Source: Pseudomonadales bacterium
GTDB taxonomy: Bacteria > Pseudomonadota > Gammaproteobacteria > Pseudomonadales > UBA7239
NCBI GenBank assembly: GCA_041395665.1
Contig: JAWLAB010000003.1
Span: 215,285 to 279,284 of the forward strand
Direction of reading: 5' to 3'
DNA: 64,000 bases
Shown: piece by piece, positions 63,437 to 64,000 of the stretch
Numbering within the stretch: the stretch's first letter is position 1
Layout of the letters: every line of letters starts with the position of its first letter
The notes under the pieces: model-generated
The model's database searches: none
The model's input: the letters and a program-made list of their open reading frames with translations, nothing else
What the model was told of the DNA's origin: nothing
Made by a program: the position numbers and the translations under genes

Positions 63437-64000
63437 AAACCAAAAATTCCTTTGATGGCATTTTCGATCATGTCTTTGGCGTAACCATCCATGTCCGTCA
63501 TTTCGTCTATGACTGTTTTCTTGATATTTTCAACTTGCCCCGGCAAATCATTTGCACCTTGTTGTATGCCGGTAAAAGCCCATGCCAACTTAGGCTCTTG
63601 CACAAACATGGCAGAGATCAACACCATGTTATCCACTTGCGCTAAACGCGCGCCCCAATACGGGCTAAATGCATTGGGCTCTTCATCTAAACCGTCTGTG
63701 CGTTTGTAATAAATTTCGCCGCTGGAAATCGCTTGCAAGCCTGGCTTTTGCCCAAAAGGTCCTAAAGAAACAGCATCATCTGAGGATTGCCCCGCTGCCA
63801 TATTTTCAAGCTGTAAATTACCTGTTGGGCTAGCCGTTCCCATGTTGTCTGAAGTGCGCGTATTTTTTTCTGGCATATAAACCCACACCACATACGGCGG
63901 AGGAATGGTGCCAGGCCAATCAAATTGCCAACTCTGCCCTGAAGCATTGAGGTAATCAGGATCAATCGTATGAAACGGCGCTAAATCACCATAGCTTTGC
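63433..64000 (-). CDS. Hypothetical protein, C-terminal 189 aa (5' end outside window); first visible gene of the Tad-type operon
   Basis: The frame of ORF 63433..63891 stays open upstream to the window edge (...QSYGDLAPFHTIDPDYLNASGQSWQFDWPGTIPPPYVVWVYMPEK...). It overlaps the downstream TadE-like gene by 4 nt. It is possibly TadG-like, but no diagnostic motif is visible. Confidence 0.5.
   Translation of the reverse strand, partial: QSYGDLAPFHTIDPDYLNASGQSWQFDWPGTIPPPYVVWVYMPEKNTRTSDNMGTASPTGNLQLENMAAGQSSDDAVSLGPFGQKPGLQAISSGEIYYKRTDGLDEEPNAFSPYWGARLAQVDNMVLISAMFVQEPKLAWAFTGIQQGANDLPGQVENIKKTVIDEMTDMDGYAKDMIENAIKGIFGL

Overview
This 64-kb chromosomal window comes from a gammaproteobacterium. 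The gene order looks Pseudomonadales/Cellvibrionales-like (lpd-sucC; rpmF-plsX-fabD-fabG with no fabH; acpP-fabF-pabC-mltG-tmk-holB); this taxonomic placement is inference from synteny only. I can support about 60 protein-coding genes. I recognised no rRNA, tRNA, CRISPR array, integrase or transposase.

Layout, left to right:
- 0-3.5 kb: sucC (partial), lpdA and a frameshifted TrmH/SpoU methyltransferase.
- 3.5-12.9 kb, minus strand: the acpP-fabF-pabC-mltG-tmk-holB block reads straight into a B12-type radical SAM gene, a CheY-like regulator and a REC-GGDEF-EAL protein.
- 12.9-33.1 kb: about 20 kb of mixed-orientation metabolic genes. These are a liv ABC transporter without livF, a HAD/acyl-CoA synthetase/GtrA/FAD-oxidoreductase/epimerase operon, PhyH, msrA, a CitE-like lyase, sodB, aceA, glcB, a DUF748 giant protein, slyD and ppnP. 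This block separates acpP from fabG-fabD-plsX-rpmF-yceD (33.1-36.7 kb), which is normally contiguous with it.
- 36.7-51.3 kb: kup, a lipoprotein octahaem cytochrome c fused to TPR repeats, and an O-antigen-type tail (WbpM-like, WbpL-like, frameshifted epimerase). After these come a multiply frameshifted DUF1329 pseudogene, a DAHP synthase, an adenylate-forming ligase cut by an in-frame TAG, a second PhyH, yajC and bcp.
- 51.4-52.2 kb: murI.
- 52.2-64.0 kb: the most unusual content, a tightly packed minus-strand Tad/Flp (type IVc) pilus operon. Its CpaB/RcpC protein carries a roughly 400-aa C-terminal extension, about 300 aa of which is an array of about 19 repeats of about 16 aa (consensus kVvDakGnvIGkVvdG). 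The gene immediately upstream encodes a protein with a Flp-type prepilin signature (G/QSSMEY), a Gly/Ser linker and the same repeat type. The ATPase carries an N-terminal FHA domain. No TadZ/CpaE, prepilin peptidase or short Flp gene is present in the window.

All functional calls come from reading the translated ORFs. No database searches were run.
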